This document shows, piece by piece, positions 63,815 to 64,000 of a DNA stretch of 64,000 nt (position 1 is the stretch's first letter; every line of letters begins with the position of its first letter). Source of the DNA: Octopus vulgaris (Eukaryota). The notes below the pieces were generated by a model, which did not search any database, was not told the origin of the DNA, and worked only from the letters and a program-made list of their open reading frames with translations. Location: contig OX597827.1 of assembly GCA_951406725.2 (NCBI GenBank), positions 44,578,001 to 44,642,000 on the forward strand. The letters run 5' to 3'. Made by a program: the position numbers and the translations under genes.

Positions 63815-64000
63815 CTTAGAAACAAACAAAATCATTCTGAAATCTACCAGTGACTATGGGACTCCTATGGTAAGGAAGGTGCCATTGTTGATGATTCTTT
63901 CAAAGTGCATTACCGATAATTAACTACTTTTGTTATCATATTTGTATTGAAATATACCACTTTTGTTTTAATTAATTTTGAAAATATTGAAGAATTTAGT

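Larger units (their letters stand above)
7530..64000 (+). other. MAEA: Probable MAEA intron 1 (more than 56 kb, runs past window end)
   Basis: GT donor at 7530. No AG|GTN-CCN-TAY-GAR (VPYE...) exon 2 seen by eye. The remainder is TEs and simple repeats. Confidence 0.6.

Overview
AT-rich, microsatellite- and transposon-dense eukaryotic DNA. The repeat content (tRNA-derived SINEs, RTE LINEs, very abundant (TA)n/(CA)n) looks like an octopod cephalopod genome; this is an inference, not proven. The only host coding sequence I can support is a 39-nt first exon at 7491-7529 (+), MADVKALEHPTLK followed by a GT donor, matching the N-terminus of MAEA (CTLH/GID E3 ligase subunit). I could not find exon 2 by eye, so 7530-64000 appears to be a first intron of more than 56 kb. 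The first ~9.5 kb is CpG-rich and promoter-like; the rest is CpG-decayed. The intron holds at least four tRNA-derived SINE families, a young 5'-truncated RTE LINE with an open RT frame carrying a PHD-type finger, many old LINE fragments, TTAA-targeting and hAT-type MITEs, and LINE-derived minisatellites. The most unusual signal is at 44292-44601: a TSD-flanked element with a tRNA-like Pol III head, a minimal type I hammerhead ribozyme motif and a Penelope-style inverted partial copy. It has a second copy at ~20.8 kb, and a separate 250-bp foldback at ~26.8 kb carries decayed hammerhead motifs in both arms. Other observations are short templated duplications at 32-40 kb and candidate recursive splice sites. 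All coordinates were read by eye; boundaries of old repeats are approximate.
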